Source of the DNA: Blasia pusilla
Lineage: Eukaryota
Assembly (NCBI GenBank): GCA_050084515.1
Contig: CM114271.1
Span: forward strand, 41,292,001-41,356,000
Reading direction: 5' to 3'
Length of the DNA stretch: 64,000 bases
Shown: positions 24,201 to 38,939 of the stretch, piece by piece
Layout of the letters: every line of letters starts with the position of its first letter
How positions within the stretch are numbered: position 1 is the first letter of the stretch
Program-made: the position numbers and the translations under genes
Notes under the pieces: generated by a model
The model's input: only the letters and a program-made list of their open reading frames with translations
Told to the model about the DNA's origin: nothing
The model's database searches: none

Positions 24201-27200
24201 CGGTTATTCGTGGTGCCGTCGATTGCATGGACGTCTAAGACTCGGAAGTGACCCTCAGTCAAGGTTCCAGTCTTGTCCATCGCCACCACCTTCACCTTTC
24301 CTAGTGCTTCTAAGTAGCCACCTCCCCTGACAATTAGTCCTGCTCGAGCAGCCTGGGCAATTCCACATGTCGTTGTCACAGGGGTAGATATCACCAATGC
24401 GCAGGGGCAGGCCACCACAAGCAGAACGAGGGCTAAATACACCCAGTGCTTGGGATTATGAACACCCGAGGCCCATGGTATGACTGCTATTAGCACTGCT
24501 GAGGCCACAATGACTGCAAAACATAATTTAGAACATTAGAGTGGATTCTGCATGAGGGTAGCTGGGTAAGATTGGAGATGGATCATAAATGGAGCTACAA
24601 GTAGTCAACCTCTAAGTCTTGGAAGCAAGCACACCTCTCGGGGAATTTTAACCTAGGTCTATAGAATCTGCAGCCATTGCTTTCTTGGCCGAAACCTGAA
24701 TGCCAAGAGGCACGCAGGGCCATGCTTTTGAATGTCTTGACTTTCCACGTTATGCAGGGAAGGAGGACGTTGAAAGGATGCACAATGTTGACAAAATTTA
24801 GGGATATATGAGTAGTTGAACCCACTTGGAGTGTAAAATTTTGCGACTTTCTCAACCAGCTGCTCTGTAGGGGAGTGCTGATTTTGAGCCTCTTCAACGA
24901 GCCGCACCATCCTGGCAACGGCTGAGTCTTCAGCCAGAGCTGTAGTCCTGACTGTTATGTAACCTAAGAAAGACCACAGAGAGAAAGACTGGTAAGAACG
25001 GGTGGAAATTATTTGTTAGTTCATCCAATCATTCGCTTTGTATGTCATATTGTCCAACCATTCATAAGCTCATGCCAAATTTCCATATACCTGAAAGATT
25101 CATCGTGCCGGCCCACACCAAATCTCCAGCAGTTTTCTCTACAGGCTTTGATTCACCTGTTACATTGCTCTGATCTACGGAACTCTTGCCTGATATCACT
25201 TCCCCATCAATTGGAATGAGCTCTCCTGCTTTCACAGCGAGCGAAGTTCCAATACTAACATCCTCCACGGGAACTCTCTGACCATCCATCAGAACAGCGC
25301 TCTGGGGTGCGAGATCAGCCACACTTGATATTGCCTGACGAGCCTACAATAGAAGTAAGCGCAAACACAAAGAGATCAGATGAACCCATACGTCTTACTT
25401 ATATGGAGGACGAAGGCAGACTAGTTAGCTTAGCTCAACGTCACAAGAAGTCGTGAGGTTACTTCTACTTCTCTTTTGAAGTAAGTTCTGCCGATCTTAC
25501 AACAATCAAGGCAGCGCTTTACCTTATCACTAGACCTGGATTCTAACCAGTCTGCAAGGGTAAATAAGAAGGCGATAGAGCCTGCCTCCAGGTAGTCTCC
25601 TAATGCGATTGCGCCACCAACTGCACATGCACGTTGCAAGGCTCAGATTAAAGACCATAATCAATTTCACTGAATTTCTCTTATTCCCTCCTTAGCCTTG
25701 ACTCGCAACGAATCTATCAACTTTGTTAATGACAAACAACAACACTACACGTTTGGGCTGTCCTTGAAACTTGTCGATCTACAGAAAGCGATTAGTCGGT
25801 AAGTCTCATCTCATCGTTTAACCTCGACCAAAAAATAAAGCAATAGGTTGGTACTGTTAAGGTATTACTATCCATTAACCGAAGTAAGAGACTTCACACC
25901 CAATCAGGGGTTTTTCAAGACTCTTAGGATAATGCTGCCATGCGCATTTTAATACGGCGATGACGCTGTACCTTGTGCTGCTCCAACAAACGGATGGGAA
26001 CCCTACCCGAGATACACTTTAAGGAGATAATTTTGTTGACAGGGTGCCCCGGCCCATGATCTAGGTTCGTCAAAACAAACACAACTTCCAACTGAAATGA
26101 TTCAAATTTTCGTATCCCCACAATTGAACAAATCGAAGGTTGACGATTCCACTTGCCTGCTATAAGCATAAGGCAGTTGATGTCTAACACCAATCTGCGT
26201 AAAGCCACCAGACTACGGGCGATTATTGGAGGAGCACCAACAGCGACCGAGCCGAGAGCTACCCACTTCAAAGGCTCCCAAATATAATGAAAGAAAGCCA
26301 CACAAATCAGAAGTCCCGAGCCGATGGTCCATGGACTCGGCCATTTGTGCGTTGCCCTCCCTTTGCCACGCTGGTGAATAGAAGCATCCAACCTGGCTTC
26401 ATTCAAGATTTTGACTGGTACACGATCACAAATCCAATGAAGGTTAATAAAAAATTTTGATCTCTTCCCGAAGAAAAGTTTGCACAATGTTTCACTGAGC
26501 ATCAAAACATGCGATCCACTTTATGAAGGTTACTAACAGAGAAATTCTATGGTTCAAGCGCAGAGGTTGCCCACGCTTGCCCCTTCACCAATGGGCTACT
26601 AATAGGACTGAGTAGATTTGAGAGACGAACTCACCAATTTGTACATCGGACACAATTTTTGGATCGTGGACAACCATGACCGTCTTAGAGGTCGCATTAA
26701 CGTGTACTTCTTCGACACCAGGTAATGGCTCCAGGATCTTTTTTATGAGGGGAACCTCAGAGGGACAGCAAATTCCCATGACGTCGAAAGTTGTCTTAGC
26801 CACCCCCTGACCTTTGAAGCCCCTCGGTATGGTCATCTTCACCATTTCTTCCGGAGGTACCTGCGCCCTAGGAGAAGCCAAACTTACGCATCCATGAGAG
26901 GGCGAATTCCTGATAGCAATGATACTTTGGTCACTCGGTGTGTTCTCGTCTGTAGTCGGGAGACTTTCATAACCTTTCCTTTTCGGTACCTCGTAGGTGA
27001 ACAAATTAACTAGCTGCTTAGGCCTTCTCTTCAACTGGCCGAGAGACTCGCCAACTTTAACAAGCCTCCCATGTTCAATGAATTGGGAGCCGCCTTCAAC
27101 AGATTCCTGCGCATGACTCAAGACATACGACCCATCCTTTAGAGGTATGAGCCAGTCGTAGTGATCACCATGAGCTATCTTGTTGTGGCCACATCCATCC

Positions 27201-27777
27201 TGGTGTTCGTGATTTGACTCTTCACCGCTAGATATTGCTGTGAATGTGCTTCCGAGATCCCATGGCATGGGCAGAACGCAACCCGCTTCTTCCATACACT
27301 AGAAACATGGAACAACACAACCAAAAGAGAGTGAGCTGATAGGTAAATTCTAGCAAAGGTTTCGGTAGTAGCCATCCAGAATTCCAGATCAAACAAAAGT
27401 AGAATATTCTAATAAGCTTGAACAACCAATTTAGGAGTCAGAGAGTATACATTGGATTGAAACCCAATATCCTCTACTAAACAGATTTTATCGAATACTC
27501 AAAGACTCTAGCGCAGAATCCCCGTCTAACGCAGAAAGGAAATTACCTGTTCGAGGAGAACGTCTTCTGTGATTTCCCCATGGTGAACATGGGCATGCAC
27601 ATGACCGGCATCTCTCATGCAGCACATGTCGGACAGAGGATCCCATGCCTGCCTACGGTGGTCTAGAAAGCATAGTTTCTTTTCTGCCTCTGAAATTGAC
27701 AGAAGTGGAGGCACAGAAAGATATGCAAATCTACCATCTTCAAAAACCAGGAGATGTTCGCCTTCATTGTGCCGCCG
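21202..27777 (-). CDS. HMA2: P1B-2 type Zn/Cd-transporting heavy-metal ATPase (HMA2/3/4-like), exons 2-12
   Basis: Exons in transcription order: 27777-27547, 27298-26635, 26414-26157, 25620-25523, 25343-25091, 24963-24826, 24513-24186, 23860-23661, 23386-23244, 23090-23022, 22896-21202; splice phases agree throughout. Motifs: GICCPSE, TGES, CPCALVIS, DKTGTLT, SSHP, MLTGD, GDGINDAPAL, and a His/Cys-Cys-rich tail. The symbol denotes the HMA2/3/4 clade, not strict orthology. Confidence 0.93.
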
Positions 27778-29487
27778 CTGCAGCCAACATAGAATACGCC
27801 AATCAGTCCATATATAGTGATTAACGTGAGCTATCCTTGACAATCTTGCACTTCAGCAAAAGCGAAACAAATCGTTGTCCTTCACGTCTCCACTTGACGA
27901 ATCGATAGCTGAACTCTTGACAATCTACGACTTCACTTTCCAGAGCATGGTTGTGGCATGTATGTAGGACATACGAACAGAGCACTTGAATCTTAACGAG
28001 AAAACCAAACCAGACTCTCGCCAAGAAACTCGAGGGAGTCGTGAAAGGTTACGGTAGGCGGTACAATTATTCGCGACGCGCGAAGTCAAACATCTAATAG
28101 TCTAACAGTCTAATAGTCTCAGCTCAAAGATGAATCGATCACTCTAAGCTACATGAGCCACCGAGATTTGAATGGTGGTTTGGGCAGGATCGCGAATCCA
28201 ACGTTTCGACCACCGCACGCCCATGTTGTACAGAATGTGCCTACTGATTCACAAATTGGACGACTAGTACCATAAAAGATCATCGGTATGGGAATCTGAG
28301 GGCAAAGACAGCGACACCTGACATTAGTTTCCGCTCTTACAAAAGCGGGCGACATTTCTCAGCTCTACTCTGGGTGTGAGTTAAATACTTATCCTACACT
28401 CTCTGCATACGAGTACAAATCCAAGTCTAGCCTGCTACGCTTCGAATCATGTGGACTCTCAAACTGAGACAGGTTCCCTGAAGGATCGCAACTCTGTTGT
28501 AATGCCGGTGGAGACCATGCTAAGAGATGCTCGGGTTACAAGATACCAGTTACAAACGCCGAATGAATTGGCGAGACTTCACTAGAGAAAAACACCATCG
28601 CGCATGATACCTAGATAATCTACTACTGGGATACCATACACGTCCAGTATCGAGAGATCTGCTACGTCATACAGAGGTTGGCTGCGGGACGTGGAGATTC
28701 TGGACAAAAATATCCGCTATTCGAGGCATTACTACTTCCTACTATTTAAATAGGTACAGCCGATAGAAGGAAATTCAAACGAACTTGACCATGTGCACAC
28801 GAGTCAGCGGGCGATTTCAATGGATAGCGCTGTAGGATAAGATGGTGAAAGAACCATGCGAAATATTGAGCCCTCCAATTTAAATAGCTACAGCCGATAT
28901 CAGGTACCCGACCATATGTAGACGAGAAATCGAGCGATAAAAGATTAGATAGTAAAAGAATGATGTTATTGCTGAAGGATGGACACATCACCCGGGAGCT
29001 CATTGTTCCCCATAGCCCTCGTGATTTTCCAGGTCAGACGAGGCTGAGAGTCTTCTTCATGCGCGACAGCAATGGCTATGCTTGCATTTGGCAAGGTCTG
29101 GCTAAAAGTGCCACAGAATAACAACGAAGCAAGATACATATGCATGCAAGCTAGGATGACGAAAGGCTCATTATCACAGACAATGACCGTGAAAACCTAC
29201 TAAATTTCTTAATGCGGAACGAATGGCTCTGGCCTCAAGCAATCAATCTTCACAGCTGCGTTATTTCATGACTTCCAGGAAAATTCTACCGGTGTAGAGA
29301 GGAGTTAGACCCAGTCTTAGACCCCTAACTTCCAAGAACTCAAATCTCTTCGTCCTCATGTGGAATTGGTTGGAGACAAATCATTCGATTATTTCAAATG
29401 CCTATCAGAGCGTGGGTTTCTAATTCTCACACCCGCTTGTCTATGAACGACATACCACAATTGCAAAGGGAACGTTGAGGGATTTAC

Positions 29488-29592
29488 CTCTGGGGTAGAG
29501 TTGCCCATAGGGCTCTCAGTTTTTGGTGAGGACTTCGGGGGTGACAATGGAAGCTCCGTATGCTCCTGGTGGTCGAGAAATACCCCCGGCAT
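29488..29592 (-). CDS. Probable first coding exon of the HMA gene (MPGVFLDHQ...NSTPE)
   Basis: ATG-initiated 35 codons ending GAG|GTAAAT in phase 0, matching the phase-0 acceptor at 27778. Gives a 4182-nt CDS (1393 aa). Extra exons in the 1.7-kb intron cannot be excluded. Confidence 0.55.
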
Positions 29593-32500
29593 ATTTTCCT
29601 CGATTGGCTCTTGTTGCTGGCTGAAAAGATTGCGGTCTCAGTGCTGCGATTGTAAAAAAACTCCAACCGATTCGTTACTGGACGAAAGTCACCACTAGAT
29701 CCTCTACTCAGAATTGCCTTCAAATTATTCACTCATCACTCTCACCGAAGTATCGACAGAAATCAGAAGTGACTTCTCTTCTCTTGATCGCCCCAGTTCA
29801 TGACACACATGTGTCTTTGCATTGGACGACAATCACGACAAGACTCCTGAACGACATTGTCCGCGGAATTCTTCGGTTGCATCATTCACAACACTCATGC
29901 TATCCTTGGCCGGCTCTCCCCGTCTACCCTAGGCCTCGCTACCGATCACCCCCATCAAACTCATACCACAGACACGGTACCACAGTAGCTCTGGAGTCCT
30001 TTTCACACTATGAGATACAGGACACACGGGCAGAGATGCCAGACGCCAGAGATACTGCTGAGGTGCGAAGATGAACGATGAATTTATAGCCACTCCGGTA
30101 TCACTTTCGTCCCAAACAGCTACTACGCTCTCCAAATGCTTGTGGCGGTTAGCGTGCCAGTGCCCGAAAATGTTGTTTTTAAGGTAATGGTAACATTTCA
30201 CTCCTATAAATCATAAGGACCTGATATTCACTTCAAATTAACAAAATGAAATATTCTATTCTTCTAAATGATTTCATCTTTCCATAAAATAATTAAAATA
30301 AAATTATTTCTCTTCTATTTTTCTATCCCTCCTACCAAAATAATATCCAATAATTAAATCATTAATTAATTGCATTTTTCATTAAATTATATATATGAAT
30401 CCATAAAAATTACAAAATTATTATTATTTTATTGTTCATACAGAATCGCCAATGATACAGACATCGGGAAGACGACATCTGACTCGAAAACGAAATTCCC
30501 CTCACGCATGAAGACAAATAGGCCTCATACAACCTCCAGTAGGAAACGCCATAAGTTTCATACGTGCTTGCTAGGCGTCCACGGGAGATCAAATTCTGTC
30601 CATAGTCAGGTACGGGGTATCTCACTAGGTACCCGTTTAGCTTTCAAATTTCTACCCTGCCAGTCCTCCAAAAACGGTTACTCCGTGAGACGCCCTAGTA
30701 CTGCCCAGCTATGGGAAAGTAACTACAAAGTAACTTAGATTTTATTTTACGCAGTACTGCTAATTATCACTTTGTTAGACTCTCCCCCCTATGACTGTCG
30801 TTCCTGCGTTGCTGTGAACGGCTTTCCCTATCCGTCCGTCTTTCGCCACCTACGTAAGCCTATTTTCCTCCGCTTATGCCTCGAGGCTTCCACCGAATCC
30901 GGTCTGCGGTTGCCGTACCCGTAGCAAGGTTCCGAATTTTAAAGTTTTTGTGTTTTCATGGGTAGATATATTATCGGAGAGTATCTTCTTGGTTGTAAAC
31001 ATTCATGGCCAGAAATGTGGCAATGGGGAAAAAACAAATATTACCTTTTGCATGGGGCGGCGAATAAAGAAAAAGTTGTGTGTAATATGATTAATCCCTT
31101 CATTTGACGTGGATGGTACCGATTGGCCACTAGTACCACAATATTGTGCTTACCGGCGTAGTTCTAGCCTCTACCATACCACAACACTATGTTCAACATG
31201 GGAGCTAAATAATCTATCATACCCATTGACATTTGAAAATTTTATGGTCTTAATAGGCGTGTCACGTGTCATCCCATTGTATTTTTTTGTCCTTAGTAGG
31301 AAGAGATAGCTCAACTGAAATAAGGTCTTCTCAAAGAAGTCCATAGTTCAACTCTCCCTTTGGATGGTGGGGGTCTGTCTCAACCCTAGGGCTACGGCGT
31401 CCCCTATCTAAGACATGGATGGTCCATGTTCGAGAGAGCGTATGCCTTGTGCCTTTCATGTGTGTATGCCTTGACTATGCTCTCGGGTCAAGAATTTGGA
31501 AAAAAAAATTCCAGGCCTTCACTCCAAAACCAAATCTCCTTCATGGGAACCCCAAACACAAAATGTTTGAAATGTAGAGGTGAAGATCCCTGTCATATCG
31601 ATTTCAAGATCATATATGTGGAAGGGGCCCATAGGGCCATAAACCAAGTCGGCTTCAATGGACTAGAAATCACTTCTAGTAGTGGGAATTTCTATTAATA
31701 GAACCATTCTTGTTAAACGGAACTCAAATATGTTCCCTCCACACCTCAATATGAAAAAAATTGATACCTACTTATTTTTCCATGAGATATTGTATGACAT
31801 TCCCTACTACCTCTCCTTACTTCCTAAGACATAATTCCAGGTTGGAAGGAGAAAACTAATAATATGTCCTGTCCAAGTGATGCATGGTTTTTATGTAAGT
31901 TTTAAAAATAACAAAAATAAAATGTAGGAAATTATTTTTAAGGAAGAAAATTTTAACCTTCAAAAGATTAAGAGAAAAATGAAAAGGAAAGAAAAAGTAG
32001 AAATGCATAAAAAGTTATGGAATAACACTTTGTGATTGTTTTTTATTTTATACTTCTTATTTTGAAATGGAATTTCCCTACCCTAATAATGGTCAATTTT
32101 TTACATTTCCAAATTTGGAGGGAATTAAAAACTTAGGAAGAATCAATTTGGATGACTTTTTTTAAAACCTAATTGCCCTACTTTTTCGAGAAAGATAAAA
32201 AATAAAATTTAATGGAATAGAAAAAAATTTGAAAAAAAAGTCTCAACTCTTTAAAGGCCTGAAATATCAACTCCCGCAAGACACTCCCTAACCCTCTTGG
32301 AATACCCTCTCTTCTCTTAACTTAACTACCCCCTCATTGACTTTCATTCTTTTTTTTCCTTAAATGGACACATGTCACTTGCATACATGTATTGCAAGGA
32401 AACATGACACCCCAAGGAGGCACCTTGGGTAAGTTCATCCTCTATTAATAGTATAGCTTTTTAAAACTAAATATAAATGTATGATGTAGGTTATGATAAG

Positions 32501-33199
32501 AGGAAATGAGATATCCTCTAGTGTAATTGAGACATCCTTAATAAGGCAAGTCAAAAGAGGATAGAGAGGCCCTTTTAAAAAAGGGAATGTGATTTTCCAT
32601 GCTAATGTGATGCACAAGTTTAAATGATTGATGTGTAATTAACTCCCAAAATTATTATGTGACATTTTACATCAATTTTGAATAATCCCATTGGTTGAGA
32701 CATCAAGCGATCCTATTGGCTAAGAGGGCCACATGTGAAGAGTAGAAGAGTTTCAAAAATGAAATGACATTGTCCAATAGTAAAATAGATTACCTCATAT
32801 GTCTTCTCACAAGGACAATGGATTCAAAAAGAAATTTTGTAAACAAGACTAAAGAATTCATACTATCATAAGAAATTGCTTACATAGCTAGAATACCGAT
32901 ATAGTAATCACTTTCATTTTATGACCAATTTATATGCAAGATATCAGGAGGGGATTTCACCAAGAAGAAGGGAAATCTTTCCAATTTAAAAAGAAAGGGA
33001 TGGAGGATTGGAGTGGGATAAAGTAAGGAGTTTTTTTCTTTCCAAAAAAAGGAATTTCAAATGGGAATGATGAGGTAAGATTTTTTAAATTTAATCAAGA
33101 CAAGATCTATACATTGGTAGTTAAGAATGAGGCATGTTGATCAACCCCCATTGAGTGTGATGAATCGAGTGGATTTGCCGAGGGCACCATTTCTCACGC

Positions 33200-33590
33200 T
33201 CGTGATTTTTTTGCCTCATATGCTTATAGGGAGAGTGGCCCAAGCTTGATTTGGGATGATCTGACAAAGTAGTTAGTAGCACCCAATGCTAATGAGTAAG
33301 AGTATGCGATGGGATTTTCCACATAAGTGATGACAGTACCGTCATTGATAGAGTTGCCTTAACACAACGTGCTTTTCCAAGCTATAGATATGAAGTGTGT
33401 CACATGGATTATAAGTCTATGATTGGGTAAACAACATCAAATGTGATTGAGGCATATCACCTCAAAATCCTTAGAAAACCCTAGTTGTACTAAGATAGTA
33501 CAAGCCTTGGTGGGGAGCGAGGCAGGAGAAAACCCAAAGGTCCGAGTCGATTGCGAGAGATATCCTTGGAGATCCTGGGATACATAAGCT
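33200..33590 (+). mobile_element. Highly degraded Gypsy DNMT C-terminal fragment
   Basis: Translates ASYAYRESGPSLIWD...PNANE*EYAMGF...VLFQAIDMKCVTWI, homologous to motifs IX-X of the other copies. Confidence 0.75.
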
Positions 33591-34229
33591 ATTATAAACA
33601 CAAGTCTAAGATTCATCTATCTATGAATCCTAGCACATCTATACATAAACGACTGACAACCCAAATATAAAAATGTGACGTTGATAAAATCTGCAATCAA
33701 CTATGCCTCATCAAGCATTCACTCAATGATACACACTACGGTAGCAGTAAGAAATAGTTTGCAATGAACTCCCAATTAATATGTGTAATCTCCAATCAAT
33801 CCTAGCCCAATCTTCAAGGGAGAATCAAGGCTCAATACATGTAAGCTATATTGAATCACGGATCCCAACATAGGTCTGATCTAAGGAAGATGAGATTTGA
33901 ATGAACTTTATCCGAGGTATACACCTGTGGGCACCTCCATGGGTGACTTGAACACACATGTAACCTCCTTCTAGTAGATCATGAAAAACCTAGAGTAGAC
34001 AAGATACTAACTCCCTAACAGGTCATATATGAACTCTCAAAATAAGGAAGTACAAGATCCCTCTAAGGCCTCGATATTGTCTTGCCCTATGTCTCATATA
34101 CTATGACAACTTTCATGCGAATAGATATTTTTTCCGACATACATCACTTGTCATGCACACAAGTCTAAGATCCATGTAACTATAAATCCTAGGATATCTA
34201 CACATAAAAAATTAGGCAACCCCAATTTC

Positions 34230-36875
34230 TCCTAGCTAGTGGTTAGGTCCTCTAGCTCAAGATAGCCTATAAAATAAGTCTACATGCCATGCATCTTCTA
34301 GGCGCTAAGATCAGGAGGTGTGGTGTTATGTGGCCTCATCATTAGTCACCTTCTTGCAATCCATAACATCAATACTCCTATCCTCGTTCAAAAGATGACA
34401 TGGTACACAATTATGCATATGATCTTTCCAAACAATACCATCATGATCCTCTAAAATAAGGACTCTTGAAGGTAAAATCTCTCGTACTCATAAAATAGTG
34501 CATCCCAGCATCACATCCAATGTCATCAACGCCATATAATGTAGGTAGACATAATTTCTAAGATGGAATCATCATATCCTTGGTCAATAGCCTCCTCCAC
34601 GCTTGATCACGTAGCTTAGAGTATTAAAATTTTGAGCGATAATTAGATTCTAAAACACCATAGCCATGACTTTCTGGAAGAGGTCACCCGTGAAAATCAT
34701 CCATACGTCTGGATCATCAAGGTCAAGTACCTCAAACACATCTTGTCAAGTAGCTGATGGTAAATCTAATTCTTCCCCATAGAGCAAGAAATATGATGAA
34801 AATAATGCCTAGGATGCATACCGACTAAAGCGATAATCCATTCCTAACCACGATAATTGTAGGTCCCAATCTACTAAGTATCCTCTTTGCAGCCCATGCT
34901 TGCGCATTCACAATCCTCTCTTCATTGTTTGCATAACTCTCTTTGCCAAACCATCTCCCTCTAAATGATCTTGAGAAGAAGTACAATGATGTATTAGCGT
35001 CTGATCATAAAAGGCCTAAAATTCACCCCTAAACTTAGTACCTTGGTTTGTCAACACCTCCCCTAGTGTGCCCAAATGACCAAGCACTATATCAAGAAAT
35101 GCATAAGCCACTCCCTCACTTGTCCGGCAAAACTACCAACTCAATCCACTTGGAGAAGTGCTCCACCATGACCAAAGCATACCGACTATGGCGTCCTATC
35201 AATGGTAAAGGCGTTGCAATGATACCCTAATCCCATGATAAATAAAGGATGGAAGTGTGGTGTCGGAGCATTGAATGATGTCTGCATCCTATCACATACA
35301 ATGCATCTGGCTACAAATTTTTGAACATGAATTTGCATACCATGCCATCAATATTGAATCTGAAGCAAGCTATATATACATTAGACTACAAAATGACCAG
35401 AATCCTTGAGAACATGCCTCACGATTCGTGATTGCTATGAAGGATCCGACACCATCCGCACTCATCCATCCTCCTAAACTTGAAGCACATACGTTCTCTT
35501 CCACCTAAACCTCTTGACTCACTATGGAACTCAATCCCACTCTCTAGCACCCACCATGCTTGCTAAGAAACCATTGTGTAGGTACTCCAAGACCATCTCA
35601 TTATCATGGATGTCTAGGAGTCCTTGTCAATTCCTCACTAGCATCCGGATCTGAGGACTCACCATCCAATCTCCCTCTTCGAGTGGATGCCTCATGCTAA
35701 CATCACATAGCCAACCAAAAAAGAGAAAATACATGCCAACCGGACATCATCTCCTCATCACTCTCACCATGCCACCACGATCCAATTGCTCTAGCTCATT
35801 ACATGGGTTATGGCTCAACCCGTATCCATCTCGGTTCAGATATCTTGGACAATGGAATACTTGAAAAATCATCCTGCTAAAACAAGATTATCTATCTAGT
35901 AAGCTTACCTATACGCTTTTCAAGCTCCATCAACCATCTGAGTGGTTGATGATGAGTGATGAGCATGAAAGGGTTCCCGAACCAAAAACATCTGCAGTGG
36001 GCCACTGCCCACATTGTAGCTAAGCACTCCTTCTTATAGGAATTTTACTTTGCCTTCACAATGTTGTTTGAGTGGCTCGTATATGCCACTACAAAATCCT
36101 TCCCTCATCATCTCACTAAATAAGCACAACTCTGAACCCCAACATACTCTAGTCTATATATAACTAAAATAGACGACCAAGCATATGTCTCCTAATAATG
36201 GGCGAGGACGTCAACCTTTCCTTGAGCTCTTGAAATGATTTAATACTCATTCTTGATCATCTCCCTAAAACCATTGCTAGTCAAGCCTAACTAGCAAAGT
36301 CAATGCCTTTGCAATTGCACTAAAACCTTCCACATACAGTCACTAGTAGTTCATTAATCCCATAAAAGCTTGAAATCGACTCACATATGTAGGGATGGAA
36401 TCCATGCTATGGCCTCCATCTTTGTTTTCTGAACTCCAATCCACTGTAGATATTGGTATGTTAAAGGTACTCAATCTGGTCATGAAAGAACCTATATTTG
36501 TCTAGACGTAACTTCAACCCATGTAACCGCAATTGTTGAAACACCTCCTCCAAATGTCTCTCATGCTCCTAAACCATGGCATAAAACACAATAATTTCAT
36601 TGATGTTATATCTCAAGAAATCTAGACTAGCCAAAATCCTATCCATAACTCGTTGAAACTCTGCATGGGTGTTCCTCAACCCAAATGGTAAGAACCGCCA
36701 CCGATACAAACAATCCTTTTTAAAAGATCTATCCCCCAAAAATTTCTTCTCCTTGTCATCAACGTGAATGGGAAAGCGATGATAGCCAACATGTACGCCC
36801 GAAAATGAAAGATCTTTACATGCCCCATGCATCAAAGATCTACTCGGGAATAGACATAGCATAACGATCGGCATT
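34230..36875 (-). mobile_element. Degenerate Ty3/Gypsy RT-RNaseH-integrase with 3' UTR (PHD region deleted)
   Basis: YRWRFLPFGLRNTHAEFQRVMDR at 36569-36874; RNase H and integrase remnants downstream; 34230-34370 matches the 3' UTR at 2250-2390. Confidence 0.85.
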
Positions 36876-38939
36876 CATATCTTTGGTGGACCAGATTGGG
36901 GCATAAACTAACCTTGTTTTTCCAGGCTTGGAAAAACAAGTAGACCTAAGAAGACCACTTCAAACATGCCTCCATCACTCTCCACGTGAGCCCAATTTTT
37001 TTCACGTTGCTATTCTAAACCAGCTATAGAGTAAGCCATCTAGAGTGGGTCTTATTGTTGGAGGACCATCTGCATATAATTTTATCAGTACAAAAAATTC
37101 AAAAAAATGATAGGTGCTAATAAAGATTCTGACTACAGTATCAATAGACTACATTGCCCTTGAGGGTTTTACTTCTCAATAGATGAGAAAATTATGGACT
37201 GTTGATGTAGGACTCTCACCCTCACCATGTTGAGTAGGAGGGCCCTTGATGCATGAAGGCATGAAATATCCCATCCGATCGATACAGATCCATCAGATGG
37301 GATTTTCCACAACAAAACACTTGAAATCCGCTCAAAGTAAACTCTGACCATTTAGCGTAGCCGAAGACTTTCATGACAGTCTTGGATATTGAGAAAGTGG
37401 AGGGTTCCAAAAAACTCAGAGGCCACGATTCACTTAGATATGTTGGCTTATGAATGGGTACATGGAGTCTATAGGAGTTTGAATCAAACGGGTTACGAAC
37501 AACTCCAACCGAAGATTAGAGTCTATGAGAGCACGCACACCACACCAAAGGAATAGCAGGAAAAAAATTGGAAAAGGTTGTAGTGAAGATATTTTCAGGA
37601 AAATATTTGCAGTGAAAAGACATTCAAGCAACCCGTTGGTTTCTGAAGGTTTGCAACAACATAAAAGCCTGACTCCAATTTCTGACGGGTCATATCTAAA
37701 ATAACATCAAACCATGAGCGTGAAGAGAATTTGGTGCAAAACATTGATTTCTTTATTTAAAACCGTTTGCAAATCGGTTATTTACACTTGATTTCCTGAA
37801 CAAGAGAATCTAGTCTATGATCTCATCAGCCTCATCATCTACAAAAATGTTCCTAACTCTTGCGGGTTCCTCTACAAGTGACTTCTCCTGGGCTAGTCGG
37901 TGGCTTTTTCAGTAAGATTTTAGATTGGAATTGAGAAGAAAGGAGGATCCAAGAGCCTTGTACCCCTAGAAATCATGTATCGGTCCAATGTAATACAAGA
38001 AAAGTCCCAACACTTGCCCCGACATGTGATTTTGAAGGTTCTGCAAAGGTAAACCCATCGATATCAATATTTGCTCCTCCATGAGAACCATCATATGTCA
38101 ACTCTAAAATGCTTGAAATCCAAGACACCTATACTCACTTGTCATCATCGGAAGCTCCTCCATAATCACCGGTGGCCTTGCCCTTCTAGTTTTGGGATCA
38201 CCTTTGGTAGTGACGATGGCGTCACAACCACTAGCTCTAATACTGGTTCATTCATCCGTGGAGGCAACTTGTAAACGCCCATCAACGTCCAAATCTGACA
38301 ACTTGCAAGGCATAATGAGTGTGGAAAAACTTGCAAGATGTGACAAATCAAAAGGTAAGAAAAAAAATAATGAAATGAAAAGATAGAAAATCATGTAGAT
38401 ATGCATGCAACATGTTGAAATCCAACAAGTTGCATGACATGACAAGTGCAGAAAGAGTTGTAAGACATGATTCATCAGAGGAAAAAAAAATGAGAGGAAA
38501 AGAAAGACAATCATCTAAACATGCAATGTGTCAAAATCAAACAAGTTCCAAGACATGTGCATGACAAGTGCATAAATAGTTCTAAGACATGACAAATGAG
38601 TGGTAAGAGAAGAAAATGAAGGATAAAAGAGGAAAAGAGAGATTAACATTCAGACATGTAATTTGTCTGAATCCGATAGGTTGCAAGACATCACATCTTC
38701 AAAAAGCCATGAAACAATTTGTAAAACAAGATGATAGACATACAAATGAAGAAATGATAGGAAACAGACAAGTTCCATTCAGATATGAAACTTGTCGGAA
38801 TCAAACAGGTCGAAATCTGACAAGTAGCTAGTAGGCAGTGTCAAAAAGCATACTTGGTAGAGGGAAAAATCAATTTGCAACGTGTTAGAATCTGACAACT
38901 CCAAGAAAACACATGACCATCACAACCGTGAACCAAGTT

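Noticed and set aside
36880-38930. Further coding region or left terminus of the MULE-like element
   Set aside because: A few decayed palindromes suggest it belongs to the element, but no protein motif, TIR or TSD could be identified.
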